A stretch of 64,000 nt of DNA from Acidimicrobiales bacterium (lineage in GTDB: Bacteria > Actinomycetota > Acidimicrobiia > Acidimicrobiales > JACDCH01), in contig DASXPN010000008.1 of assembly GCA_036493595.1 (NCBI GenBank), forward strand, positions 76,041-140,040, given 5' to 3'. Positions 45,738-54,991 of the stretch are shown piece after piece. Made by a program: the position numbers and the translations under genes. The notes under the pieces were generated by a model. That model saw nothing but the letters and a program-made list of their open reading frames with translations. It was not told the origin of the DNA and made no database searches. The first letter of the stretch is position 1. Every line of letters begins with the position of its first letter.

Positions 45738-46025
45738 CTATGCCGCGGAGTCATCCGAGGCCTGGGAGCGGTGGCTTTCCGCTTCGGGCTCGACAGTCGG
45801 AGTGGTGTCGTCGGCCACCGGCTCCAAAGTGGGTTTCGGCGCCGGCGGGCGGTTTACGTCGTCCATGGCGGAACGCATCTCGTTCTGGAACCCGGCCGAC
45901 ATCCGGCGGATCTCGCCGACGACGTTGCCGATCTTGCGGGCCGTCTCCGGAAGTTTGTCGGGGCCGAGAACGATCAGCGCGACCAGGAGGATGACGAGGA
46001 GCTCGCCTCCACCGACGTTGAACAC
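45738..46025 (-). CDS. tatA: twin-arginine translocase subunit TatA/E
   Basis: GGGELLVILLVALIVLGPDKLPE TM plus amphipathic helix signature. 95 aa. Confidence 0.9.
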   Translation of the reverse strand: MFNVGGGELLVILLVALIVLGPDKLPETARKIGNVVGEIRRMSAGFQNEMRSAMDDVNRPPAPKPTLEPVADDTTPTVEPEAESHRSQASDDSAA

Positions 46026-46035
46026 GGGGGCAAGG

Positions 46036-46263
46036 CTAACTCCCGGTTGGGCCTGGTTCCGAGCGGAGACGCAATCCCTGCAGCGTGGAACGAACCTCGT
46101 CCGCCTCCGACGTCAGCATCGCGAGGGAGCTGCGCAACTCATCGAGCCGGCCACACTCCGTACGCAGCGCGGCGGCGGCGTGGGCCGTCTGGCGAACGGC
46201 GGCGAGCAGGACCAGCGCGCCGGTCGCGACGAACAGGAGGGGAAGGATCCAAAGGACGCTCAC
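46036..46263 (-). CDS. small membrane-anchored hypothetical protein
   Basis: 75 aa with an N-terminal TM helix (VLWILPLLFVATGALVLLAAV) followed by a helical soluble tail. It ends 10 nt upstream of tatA. Confidence 0.4.
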   Translation of the reverse strand: MSVLWILPLLFVATGALVLLAAVRQTAHAAAALRTECGRLDELRSSLAMLTSEADEVRSTLQGLRLRSEPGPTGS

Positions 46264-46339
46264 GGTCCGGTGAGCGTACGTCGTCGCCGATTGGGATCAG
46301 CGACTGACGAAGGTCGCAGGAGGATCGATCGAAGGAAGG

Positions 46340-46726
46340 TCAGCTGTCGAGCTCGTCGAGCTCGAACTGCGCGAGCTCGGCGTCGAGGTCGTCGAGCTCG
46401 AGCTCGAGGCCACCCACCAGCTCGTCGAACCACGCGTCCGACTGCATCTGCTCGTGGAAGTCGAGCAGATCGTCGTGGTCGATGCGGGGCCCGAAGCGAG
46501 GCTCGTAGAGCTCAGCCGGCAGCTGCCACGTCGACACCTCGACGCCCGATGCGGCCAGGAGGTCGACGATGCGGGGCTCGGCCGGCTTCACGACCGCCAT
46601 GTGGCAGTGCGGGCACCGAAAATGGTACGAACCGGCATTGTCCTCGAGACAGACGCGGACACGCACGTCAGCGGTGGTCAGTTCCACATCACCGCAGTCC
46701 GCGCACGTTGCCCGAATCGTTGCCAT
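46340..46726 (-). CDS. zinc-ribbon protein with acidic C-terminal tail, hypothetical
   Basis: The ATG at 46724-46726 is preceded by a GGAGG sequence. CADCG ... CPHCH forms a 4-Cys/His ribbon. The C-terminus ELELDDLDAELAQFELDELDS is strongly acidic. The 397-aa ORF-track model is rejected. Confidence 0.55.
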   Translation of the reverse strand: MATIRATCADCGDVELTTADVRVRVCLEDNAGSYHFRCPHCHMAVVKPAEPRIVDLLAASGVEVSTWQLPAELYEPRFGPRIDHDDLLDFHEQMQSDAWFDELVGGLELELDDLDAELAQFELDELDS

Positions 46727-46852
46727 CAGAAGCCTCCTACCAGTTGCCCGCTTACACCGACTTTGATCGGCAGAAGCATCGTCGTCACAAGCGCGACCAG
46801 CTTCAATAGGTCGCACGTCCCATTCCCGGGACCTGAGTGCCCATTTTCGACC

Positions 46853-47611
46853 GTGACCGCTCCCCGACTCCCGTCCCTGCGCCAACCGCCCATCGGATTC
46901 GCCCACCGCGGCGCACGAGCTGACGCGCCGGAGAACACGATCGAGGCCTTCTCCCTCGCCCGCCGGCTGGGCGCGACCGGCCTCGAGAGCGACGTCTGGC
47001 TGACCGCGGACGGCATTGCCGTCCTCGACCACGACGGCGTCGCCCGGGTGAAGCATCGCCGCCGGCGCATCACCGACGTCGAGCGGGCCGATCTGTCCGA
47101 TTCGATCCCTTCGCTCGCCGACCTCTACGCGGAATGTGGGACCGACTTCGAGCTCTCCCTCGACGTCAAGGATCCCGCCGCCGCAGCCGCGACCGTGGCC
47201 GTGGCCCGCGCCGCGGGCGGCGCCGCACCCGAACGGCTGTGGATGTGCCATCACGACTGGCGCCTGGTCGAGTCGTGGCGGGCAGAGTTTCCCGACGTGC
47301 GCCTCGTCGACTCGACCCGGCTGCGCTGGATGAAAGAGGGGCCGGAGCGCCGAGCCGCCGCGCTCGCGAACGCCGGCATCGACGCGGTCAACCTGCACCA
47401 CACCGACTGGACCGGCGGTCTCACGACGCTCTTCCATCGCTTCAGCGTCTTGACCTTCGGCTGGGACGCGCAGCACCGACGCATCCTCGAAGAGCTCCTC
47501 GACATCGGCATCGACGCGGTCTATTCGGATCATTCGGACACGATGATGGACGTCCTGCGGCTGCTCGAGCCGGGCGACGACACGACCGGGTACGGCGAGC
47601 CACGCCCCTGA
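46853..47611 (+). CDS. glycerophosphodiester phosphodiesterase family protein
   Basis: GTG at 46853 gives ...IGFAHRGARADAPENTIEAF ... GLESDVWLTADG, the GDPD catalytic HR...EN...E.D pattern. Confidence 0.8.
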   Translation: MTAPRLPSLRQPPIGFAHRGARADAPENTIEAFSLARRLGATGLESDVWLTADGIAVLDHDGVARVKHRRRRITDVERADLSDSIPSLADLYAECGTDFELSLDVKDPAAAAATVAVARAAGGAAPERLWMCHHDWRLVESWRAEFPDVRLVDSTRLRWMKEGPERRAAALANAGIDAVNLHHTDWTGGLTTLFHRFSVLTFGWDAQHRRILEELLDIGIDAVYSDHSDTMMDVLRLLEPGDDTTGYGEPRP

Positions 47612-47642
47612 GCAGCCGAGAAGCGACTCCGGCGGCCCGGGC

Positions 47643-48443
47643 TCAGAGACCGCCGATGTCGCCGGGCGGCCAGACGCGCATGAACGCTCGACCGACGATC
47701 GTGCTCTCGGGAATCGGTCCGAACACGTTGCTCGCCGCGGAATCCTGTCGATGGTCGCCGAGGACGAACACCTTGCCGGCAGGCACCTTGATGCATTGCG
47801 ACGATGACTTGAACGCCGGCGACGGTTCCGCGACGCCCTTGTCGTCCTTGAAGAGATACGTCTCGTCGATCGCCTGCCCGTTCACGAAGATCTTGCCGTC
47901 ACGTTGCTCGACGGTCTGTCCCTCCGTCGCGATCACGCGCTTGATGAGGTCGTGGACTTCGGAGCCACTGAGCTGACTCCTCGGGAACGTGACCTGGCCG
48001 CCGTCACAACCCTCGACCGTCTGCGCCTCGGTCGACGGGCGATCGAACACGATGACGTCGCCGTCGTGCACGTCGTGCACGCGATAGCTCAGCTTGTTGA
48101 CGAGCACCCGGTCGCCCACCTTGAGCGTCGGCACCATCGAGTCACTCGGGATGAAGAACGCCTGGAACAGGAACGTCTTGATGACGAGTGCGATGACCAG
48201 CGCGCTGGCGAGCACCACGACCCATTCAACGGTGTTGCGCCGGCGATGGGCACGGCGACGAGCCTGACGCAAGCCCTCGGTCTCCACCTGATCGGCGTCG
48301 TCGTCTTCGCCTTCGGGGCCGGACTCGGCGTCACCTGCCGCCGTCGGTTCGCCTGCGGGCTCCCGCGTGTCGGGCCCCCGTCTGTCGCTCGGCGTGGCAA
48401 CCGTGACCGGCGGTTCATCGAAGCTCGGGATGTCGTCGGACAC
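47643..48443 (-). CDS. lepB: signal peptidase I
   Basis: IPSDSMVPTL (catalytic Ser box), RVLVNK, a GDHRQDSAAS box, one TM segment, and an acidic N-terminal extension. Confidence 0.88.
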   Translation of the reverse strand: MSDDIPSFDEPPVTVATPSDRRGPDTREPAGEPTAAGDAESGPEGEDDDADQVETEGLRQARRRAHRRRNTVEWVVVLASALVIALVIKTFLFQAFFIPSDSMVPTLKVGDRVLVNKLSYRVHDVHDGDVIVFDRPSTEAQTVEGCDGGQVTFPRSQLSGSEVHDLIKRVIATEGQTVEQRDGKIFVNGQAIDETYLFKDDKGVAEPSPAFKSSSQCIKVPAGKVFVLGDHRQDSAASNVFGPIPESTIVGRAFMRVWPPGDIGGL

Positions 48444-48487
48444 GGTCCGTCGAGGGTAGCCGACCTACTTACGGCCTCCTGGGCACG

Positions 48488-49441
48488 TCAGGGTGATTCG
48501 TAGCGGGCCAACAGCCGTGCCGCCGCCTCTTCGCCGCAGTGCGCGAGCGCGGGATCACTGCGCGTTCTGACGACGGTGGCGCGCGGTCCGAGTTGCAGCA
48601 GCACCCGCTCGAGCCACGGGCGTCCGGACACCGGCAGCGTGACGCGCAGCCGTCCATCGGCGCGCGTTTCGACCTCGTCCACCGCGTAGGACTCGACCAC
48701 CCACGCCGCTTCCGGTGCCAAGTCGAGCACGACGCGCGGGTCGTCAATGCCGGCTTCGAACAACTCCGGTGACGGCAACTCGTCAGGCGGTTGGAACGAT
48801 GCGTCGAGCGCTTCGGCCGACAGGATGCGATCGACGCGGAACAATCGCACGTCGTCGCGCAGGTGATCGAACCCGACGAGGTACCAACGCCCTTGCTCCG
48901 CATGCACTCGGTACGGATCGACCTCGCGCTCGGTGTGCTGGTCGCGGCCGTGGGTGTAGTAGGCGAGTCGAAGGCGCCGGTGCTCGTCGGTCGCCTGTTG
49001 GATCGTGGCCAGCACGCCCGCCGACGCGTGACCGAGGTCGATGTCGAACGCGTCGTCGGGATCGATGCCGAGCGTGGCGGCAAGCTTGGCGAGGCCGCGC
49101 GCGAGTGGACCGCCGGGATCCGCACCCGGAACCGCGAGCAGGCTGGCACCCGCGGCGACGAGTGCGAGTGCTTCTTCAGGAGTGAGGCGCAGAGCGCGAT
49201 CGAAGCTCGGTGAGAGGTGAACCCAGACGCGACCTTCCTCGACGACGACTTCGAAGAGATCACCCGGCGAATACGGCGGAACCCCGACCATCGACACGAG
49301 CGCGACGTCACTCAGCAGCTCGTCGGGCTCGAGCCCGAAGCGATCGCACACCTCCTCGACTGTCGGACCCCGATGCGACGCCACCCAGGGAAGCAGCGAC
49401 AGGAGCCGGCGCAGACGATCGGCGGCAGGGATCTGGCTCAC
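48488..49441 (-). CDS. pafC: HTH + WYL domain transcriptional regulator PafC
   Basis: GTG at 49439-49441 overlaps the pafB stop (GTGA). The N-terminal wHTH is followed by DPYRVHAEQGRWYLVGFDHLRDDVRLFRVDRI (WYL). It is the second of a paired pafB-pafC arrangement downstream of pafA. Confidence 0.85.
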   Translation of the reverse strand: MSQIPAADRLRRLLSLLPWVASHRGPTVEEVCDRFGLEPDELLSDVALVSMVGVPPYSPGDLFEVVVEEGRVWVHLSPSFDRALRLTPEEALALVAAGASLLAVPGADPGGPLARGLAKLAATLGIDPDDAFDIDLGHASAGVLATIQQATDEHRRLRLAYYTHGRDQHTEREVDPYRVHAEQGRWYLVGFDHLRDDVRLFRVDRILSAEALDASFQPPDELPSPELFEAGIDDPRVVLDLAPEAAWVVESYAVDEVETRADGRLRVTLPVSGRPWLERVLLQLGPRATVVRTRSDPALAHCGEEAAARLLARYESP

Positions 49442-50445
49442 GGGCGCGGCCCCCGCTCGGAGCCGGGCTCGGAGCCGGCCTCCGCGTCGGGGCTGGGCTC
49501 GACCGACGACGCGATGGCGCGCAGCCACTCGACCAAGTCGTCTCGCAGCTCGATAGGCCCGAGCACCTCGGCGTGATCGAGGAAGCCGAGCACCAGGGCG
49601 CGAAAGCCGTCCGGGTTGGTGACGGGCAGCTCCACCACGATCGAGCCGTCCGGCCGTTCCTCGGTGACCGCCGCCGATCCGACGATGCCGACCGCGATCT
49701 CGGCTTGCGCCGGTGCGATCAACACCTGCGCCCGCACCGGCTCTCCCTCGCCGAGCTGCCACGGCTCCGCGCGCGCACCGGGGATCGCGACCTCGGGCGG
49801 TTCGAAGCTCCGCGCTGCGCCCGCCTCGACGTCACCATCGACACGATCGAGACGGAAGATGCGCTCGTCCGACCGTGCGTGGTCGTAGCCCGTCACGTAC
49901 CAACGACCGCGGCTGAAGTCCAGGCGATACGGGTCGACCGTGCGTTGCTCGCCGCGGTAGGCGAACGTCACGGGGCTCCGATCCGCCACCGCCGCGAACA
50001 GTTTCACCATGCGCTCGTCGACCGGGATCGCGGTGAGCGTCGAGGTCGGGGCGGGCGCGTCGCCGCTCGACGCGGCAGGCACGCCGCCGAGCTTCCAGAG
50101 ACCCGCGGTGCCTTCGACCCCTTCGAGGCGGACGGCCGACGCCGCCAACTGCAATGCCGCCAACTCGTCAGGATCGAGACCGGGGTCGCGCAAGTAGTAC
50201 TGGTCCTTCGGGATTCGATAGCCCTGCTGCGGAGGGTCAGAGCCGGGCACCTCCGACAGGACGAGCGGGATGCCCATCTCGCGCAGCGCGTCCTTGTCGC
50301 GTTCGAAGGCGCGGCGGAACGCCGTCTTGTCCTCGGGGTAGCCGTAGATGCGCCCCCCGATCTCGTCGGCCGTGAGCGGCCGTACCGTCTCGAGGAGCGC
50401 GGCGGTGAGGTTCAGCAGGCGTTCGAGTTTCGCCGTGGACGCCAC
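49438..50445 (-). CDS. pafB: HTH + WYL domain transcriptional regulator PafB
   Basis: GTG at 50443-50445 gives STAKLERLLNLTAALLET (wHTH). DPYRLDFSRGRWYVTGYDHARSDERIFRLDRV is the WYL domain. Confidence 0.85.
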   Translation of the reverse strand: MASTAKLERLLNLTAALLETVRPLTADEIGGRIYGYPEDKTAFRRAFERDKDALREMGIPLVLSEVPGSDPPQQGYRIPKDQYYLRDPGLDPDELAALQLAASAVRLEGVEGTAGLWKLGGVPAASSGDAPAPTSTLTAIPVDERMVKLFAAVADRSPVTFAYRGEQRTVDPYRLDFSRGRWYVTGYDHARSDERIFRLDRVDGDVEAGAARSFEPPEVAIPGARAEPWQLGEGEPVRAQVLIAPAQAEIAVGIVGSAAVTEERPDGSIVVELPVTNPDGFRALVLGFLDHAEVLGPIELRDDLVEWLRAIASSVEPSPDAEAGSEPGSERGPRP

Positions 50446-50459
50446 GGCGCGGACCCTAC

Positions 50460-51152
50460 CTACCTGCGCGCCCAGACGAGGACGCCGCGCTTCGTGACCG
50501 TGAACGGCAGGTCGACGGCGACGGCGACCTCGGCTGCGCCTTCGCGGGAGATGCCGCGTCCGCGCAGGTACGTGGCCACCGCGTCGCCGTCGGGCAGAAT
50601 CGTGTACGGACCGTCCCACCGCTGGGCCTCCACGTTCGCCGCGCCGAAGACGTCGGCCACGACGTCCACGGCTTCCTCCGCGTCGAACGGCGTCGCGTCC
50701 GCGGGCCCGAAGTAGCGCTCGAGCTCGGGTGAGTCATCACGCGCCGTCGTGCACGTGGCGAACAGGCCGCCGGCTCGCAGGGCGCGATGCGCCTGCGCGA
50801 TCACGAGCCGCGGATCGTCGAAGTGGTACAGCATCCACAGCGCCGCGGCGGCTCCGACGCTCGCGTTGCGTACCGGGCACCACAGCGCGTCGGCTCTCGC
50901 ACACGGAGGGCCCGCGCCGCGCAGCAGGCCGGCATCCTCGTCGAGCCCGATCCACGGCCAGCCGGCGGGCAAGGCAGTACGCAACGCGCCGTCGCCGCAA
51001 CCGATGTCGAGCACCGGCCGCAGCGCTTCCTCCACGATCCGCGTCGCGACCATCGGATGGATGTCCCCCGCGCTCGACCAACGCCGGGTTGCCTCGCGCG
51101 CCGCCGCGAAGCGTTCGGGATCGGTCTCGTAGTCCTTCCGGTACGCCGTCAC
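50460..51152 (-). CDS. class I SAM-dependent methyltransferase
   Basis: GTG at 51150-51152 overlaps the pafA stop (GTGA). Motif I is [11 protein letters not shown], and a post-I/II region ([10 protein letters not shown] ... LRAGGLF) follows. 230 aa. Confidence 0.75.
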   Translation of the reverse strand: MTAYRKDYETDPERFAAAREATRRWSSAGDIHPMVATRIVEEALRPVLDIGCGDGALRTALPAGWPWIGLDEDAGLLRGAGPPCARADALWCPVRNASVGAAAALWMLYHFDDPRLVIAQAHRALRAGGLFATCTTARDDSPELERYFGPADATPFDAEEAVDVVADVFGAANVEAQRWDGPYTILPDGDAVATYLRGRGISREGAAEVAVAVDLPFTVTKRGVLVWARR

Positions 51153-52507
51153 AACGAGGCGATCAGCTTCTCCACCCGCTCGTCGCGCGACTTGAAGGGG
51201 TCCTTGCACAGCACCGTGCGCTGCGCTTGATCGTTGAGCTTCAGGTGGACCCAGTCGACCGTGTAGTCGCGCTTGCGCTCCTTGGCGCGACGGATGAACT
51301 CGCCTCGCAGCCGCGCTCGCGTCGTCTGCGGCGGCTCGTCGACTGCGGTGTCGATCGCCTCGTCGGTGCACATGCGGTCCACGTAGTCACGCGCTTGCAG
51401 CCGGTAGAACAAGCCGCGGCTGCGGTTGACGTCGTGGTATTGCAGATCGACCAGCGCCACCTTTGGCGATGCGAGCGGAAGATCGTGCTTCGCCCGGTAC
51501 GCCTCGATGAGGTTGTGCTTGATCACCCAGTCACACTCGCGATCGAGCTTGAACGGATCGCTCTCGAGCGTGGTGAGGCAGTGCTCCCACATCTCGAGCG
51601 CTTGCTGTTCGAGCGGCGAGAGACCGCGCGTGTCGGCGTAGCGCAGCGCACGCGTGAGGTACTCGCCCTGGATCTCGAGCGCGCTGAGTTCGCGGCCGTT
51701 GGCGAGACGGACGCGGCGCGTGCATGTCATGTCGTGGCTGATCTCGCGGATGGCGCGTATCGGATTCTCGAGGGTCATGTCGCGCAGCACGACCGACGGA
51801 TCTTCGAGCATGCGCAGCAGGATCGACGTTGCTCCGACCTTCAGGAACGTCGCGTACTCGCTCATGTTCGAGTCGCCGACGATGACGTGTAGCCGCCGGT
51901 ACCGCTCGGCATCCGCGTGCGGCTCATCGCGCGTGTTGATGATCGGACGACTGCGGGTCGTCGCGGACGACACGCCTTCCCAGATGTGCTCCGCTCGCTG
52001 GCTGATGCAGAACATCGCGCCGCGCGCTGTCTGCAGCACCTTGCCGGCACCCGCGTAGATCTGGCGCGAGACGAAGAACGGGATCAGCACTTCGGCGTAG
52101 TGGCCGAAGTCATCGCGCCGTGACGTGAGGTAGTTCTCGTGGCAGCCGTACGAGTTGCCGGCCGAGTCCGTGTTGTTCTTGAAGAGATAGATGACGCCAC
52201 GGATGCCCTCCTCGCGCAGCCGCTGCTCCGCGGAGGCGAGCAACTGTTCGAGGATGCGCTCGCCCGCCTTGTCGTGCACGACGAGGTCGAGGATGGAGTC
52301 GCACTCAGGGGTGGCGTATTCGGGATGCGATCCGACGTCGAGATACAGCCGCGCGCCGTTGGCGAGAAAGACGTTCGAGCTGCGCCCCCAGGACACGACT
52401 CGTCGGAACAGGTAGCGCGCCACTTCGTCCGGGCTGAGCCGGCGCTGGCCACGCAAGGTGCACGTGACGCCGTACTCGTTCTCGAGACCGAAGATGCGCC
52501 GTTCCAT
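51149..52507 (-). CDS. pafA: Pup--protein ligase PafA
   Basis: 452 aa. [13 protein letters not shown] start, [19 protein letters not shown], and [17 protein letters not shown], the carboxylate-amine ligase fold shared with Dop but without the Dop loop. Confidence 0.95.
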   Translation of the reverse strand: MERRIFGLENEYGVTCTLRGQRRLSPDEVARYLFRRVVSWGRSSNVFLANGARLYLDVGSHPEYATPECDSILDLVVHDKAGERILEQLLASAEQRLREEGIRGVIYLFKNNTDSAGNSYGCHENYLTSRRDDFGHYAEVLIPFFVSRQIYAGAGKVLQTARGAMFCISQRAEHIWEGVSSATTRSRPIINTRDEPHADAERYRRLHVIVGDSNMSEYATFLKVGATSILLRMLEDPSVVLRDMTLENPIRAIREISHDMTCTRRVRLANGRELSALEIQGEYLTRALRYADTRGLSPLEQQALEMWEHCLTTLESDPFKLDRECDWVIKHNLIEAYRAKHDLPLASPKVALVDLQYHDVNRSRGLFYRLQARDYVDRMCTDEAIDTAVDEPPQTTRARLRGEFIRRAKERKRDYTVDWVHLKLNDQAQRTVLCKDPFKSRDERVEKLIASL

Positions 52508-52577
52508 TTGCCCCGGAGGCTATCGGCACGTCCTCGACCGGTAGCGTTCATGCCGTGTTCGGGGGGAGGGAGCTGAC

Positions 52578-52901
52578 GTGCGCATGATCCGCCTCGTCAC
52601 CGCGGCCAACCCCATGGAAGCCCGCATCATCGCCGCCCGGCTGGGCGCGGAGGGCATCGTGTGGCAGTTCCAGGGCTCGGTCGACGGGCCGCTGGCGGTC
52701 GGGCCGGTCGAGGTGCTCGTCGACGCCGACGGCTACGAGTCGGCGAGAGAGTTGCTGCTCACCGACGACGTCGAAGGCTCCTTCGCCGGTACCGCCGGTG
52801 ACGATTCCCGTCCCACCACCGGGCGAGACGTGCTCTGGATCGCGCTCATCATCGCCGCGCTGCTGCTCTTCGCGTTCGCGAGGATGGCCGCTCGGGTTTG
52901 A
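52578..52901 (+). CDS. DUF2007-like small protein with C-terminal TM anchor
   Basis: The GTG at 52578 is preceded by GGGAGGGAG. VTAANPMEARIIAARLGAEGI ... ARELL resembles the putative signal-transducing DUF2007 fold. The C-terminal helix is LWIALIIAALLLFAF. Confidence 0.5.
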   Translation: MRMIRLVTAANPMEARIIAARLGAEGIVWQFQGSVDGPLAVGPVEVLVDADGYESARELLLTDDVEGSFAGTAGDDSRPTTGRDVLWIALIIAALLLFAFARMAARV

Positions 52902-52932
52902 GCACGGACTCGCGACGCGGCACTTCGTCCTG

Positions 52933-53664
52933 TCAGGGCGTGGTGTCCCCCGCCGCCGGTTCGGACTCGGGGGGCCGGGCGGGCACGAGCTGTTCGAGCG
53001 CATCGCCTTCGATGCGATGGAAGGCCCGCCGGCCGTTGCGACGGCGGAGCACCGCCACCTCGAGATCGTCGGCGGTCAACGTGCGCTCGGGTCCGGCGAG
53101 GGCGGCCACTGCGATGGGGAGGGCGTCGGCCAGCGAGAGCTCGTCGCGCCATGCGGTTTCGATGCGCTGCGTGATCTCCTCGGCCTCGCCGCCGAGCACG
53201 CTGAACTTCTGCTCGTCCATCACGGTGCCGTCGTAGAGGATGTGGAAGAGCTGATCCTGGCGGTGCGCGTCATCCGGATCGCCCACTTCGGCCACGAGGA
53301 TCTCCACCTCGAGCGGCTTGATCTCGTGGGTGAAGACCTGATTGAGGATCTGCGCGTACGCATTGGCGAGCCCGCGCGCGTCCACGTCCTCGCGGCTGAA
53401 CGAATAACCCTTCAGATCCGCGTGTCGCACACCGGCGATGCGGAGCTGGTCGAACTCGCTGTAGCGACCGACACCTGCGAACGCGATGCGGTCGTAGATC
53501 TCACTCACCTTGCGCAGCGTGTTCGACGGGTTCTCCGCGCAGATGAGGATGCCTTCGTCGAACCGTGACGCGATCAGCGCGCGGCCGCGCGCGATGCCCT
53601 TGCGGGCGTAGTCCGCCCTGTCCTTCATCACCTGCTCGGGTGCGACGTAGAAGGGCATGGACAT
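52933..53664 (-). CDS. prcA: 20S proteasome alpha subunit PrcA
   Basis: MSMPFYVAPEQVMKDRADYARKGIARGR start. 243 aa, immediately downstream of prcB with a 1-nt overlap. Confidence 0.95.
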   Translation of the reverse strand: MSMPFYVAPEQVMKDRADYARKGIARGRALIASRFDEGILICAENPSNTLRKVSEIYDRIAFAGVGRYSEFDQLRIAGVRHADLKGYSFSREDVDARGLANAYAQILNQVFTHEIKPLEVEILVAEVGDPDDAHRQDQLFHILYDGTVMDEQKFSVLGGEAEEITQRIETAWRDELSLADALPIAVAALAGPERTLTADDLEVAVLRRRNGRRAFHRIEGDALEQLVPARPPESEPAAGDTTP

Positions 53665-54506
53665 CAGTCGTCACCCCCTTCGGCCATCGTCGGGGCCGCT
53701 CCCACGGTCGCGGTGCTCTCCGGCGTCGACAGCCGATCGACGAGCACGCGAAAGCGCTCCGCCACCTCGCTGTTCTCCACCTTCTCGAAGCCGTCCGCGC
53801 TGATGGTCGCGAGTGTCGGGTAGATGCCTCGCACGAGGTCAGGACCGCCGGTCGCCGAATCCTCGTCCGCCGCCTGGAACAGCGCGTCGATCACGAGATC
53901 GACCGCTTCGAGGCGGGGCATGCTTTCGCGGTAGCCGAGCTTGATCACGGTGCCGGCGTGGAGACTGCCCGAGCCGGTCGTTGCGAAGTTGCTCTCTTCG
54001 TAGCGCCCGCCGGTGACGTCGTACTGGAACAGCCGGCCTTGCCGGCGGCGAAGGTCGTAACCGGCGAACAGCGGCACGACCACGAGACCCTGCATCGCGG
54101 CCGGCAGGTGCTGGCGCACCATCGCGGACAGCTGGTTGGCCTTGCCGTCGAGGCTGAGCTCGCTGCCTTCGACCTTCTCGTAGTGCTCGAGCTGGAGTTG
54201 GAACAGCTTGACCATCTCCATCGCGGGACCAGCCGCACCCGCGATGGCAACGCCGCTGTGGCGGTCCGCCGGATACACCTTGTCCATCGCGCGGTGGCTG
54301 ATGAGGTTGCCGCTCGTGGCGCGGCGGTCGCCGGCCATGACGACACCGTCGCCATACCGAACCGCGACGACGGTGGTGCCGTGGGTGATCGCCAGTCGTC
54401 CTTCGACATTCGAGTCGGGCACGGGCGGGAGCGTTCCGGTTCGACGCAACAACTCGGCGAAGCTCGGTCCGGGATCGTCCCCGGTCGAGAAGAGAGGCAT
54501 GCTCAT
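53664..54506 (-). CDS. prcB: 20S proteasome beta subunit PrcB
   Basis: The propeptide is followed by the processing site ...ITHG/TTVVAV with an active-site Thr. 280 aa. Confidence 0.95.
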   Translation of the reverse strand: MSMPLFSTGDDPGPSFAELLRRTGTLPPVPDSNVEGRLAITHGTTVVAVRYGDGVVMAGDRRATSGNLISHRAMDKVYPADRHSGVAIAGAAGPAMEMVKLFQLQLEHYEKVEGSELSLDGKANQLSAMVRQHLPAAMQGLVVVPLFAGYDLRRRQGRLFQYDVTGGRYEESNFATTGSGSLHAGTVIKLGYRESMPRLEAVDLVIDALFQAADEDSATGGPDLVRGIYPTLATISADGFEKVENSEVAERFRVLVDRLSTPESTATVGAAPTMAEGGDD

Positions 54507-54668
54507 CGGGCGCGGAGGCTATCGGCTGTGGCGCTCGAGATGATCCGTTCGCGCCTCATTGCGCGCGCGTCGCCGTGATGTTCTGGGACGGTTCAGCCAC
54601 GTCACCCGTCGTTCAGTCGTCACAGTTCCTGCCGCGGACCAATCCGTGACGACCCAGCCACCTCAGGC

Positions 54669-54736
54669 GGTGGGTGAGTCGACAATGTGCGGCTAGGGAG
54701 CGGGACGCGCCGTGGGGCAGTCGACAATGTGCGGCC
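54669..54736. repeat. two direct copies of the dispersed 25-nt motif inside the pup-prcB spacer
   Basis: 54669-54693 reads GGTGGGTGAGTCGACAATGTGCGGC. 54711-54736 reads CGTGGGGCAGTCGACAATGTGCGGCC. The first is 25/25 identical to the reverse complement of 5747-5771. Confidence 0.9.
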
Positions 54737-54774
54737 AGGGGCGCGGAGGGTGAGCGCGGGGTGCGCGACGGGGG

Positions 54775-54969
54775 TTACTCGCCGCCCTTTTGCACGTAGC
54801 TCTTCACGAACTCCTCGGCATTGACCTCGAGCACTTCGTCGATCTCGTCGAGGAGGTCGTCGAGCTCTGCCTTGATCTTCTCGCCGGTCTCGGACTTGGC
54901 GGGCGCGTCGTCAACGACCTCGTCCTGCTTGGCGGGAGCCGGCTTCCGCTTCTGTTCACGCTCTGCCAT
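54775..54969 (-). CDS. pup: prokaryotic ubiquitin-like protein Pup
   Basis: 64 aa, acidic and disordered. LDDLLDEIDEVLE...NAEEFVKSYVQKGGE ends with a C-terminal Gly-Gly-Glu. Confidence 0.95.
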   Translation of the reverse strand: MAEREQKRKPAPAKQDEVVDDAPAKSETGEKIKAELDDLLDEIDEVLEVNAEEFVKSYVQKGGE

Positions 54970-54991
54970 TTGTGATCAGCTCACTTCAGGT

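Noticed and set aside
54669-54736. The 25-nt motif as a PafBC / RecA-NDp-type promoter (the TTGTCGACT core resembles the mycobacterial tTGTCRgtg element)
   Set aside because: In none of the four copies is a TAnnnT -10 hexamer present 8 nt downstream, and the copy at 5747-5771 points away from any gene. The resemblance is limited to 6 nt, so I report the motif without assigning it to PafBC.
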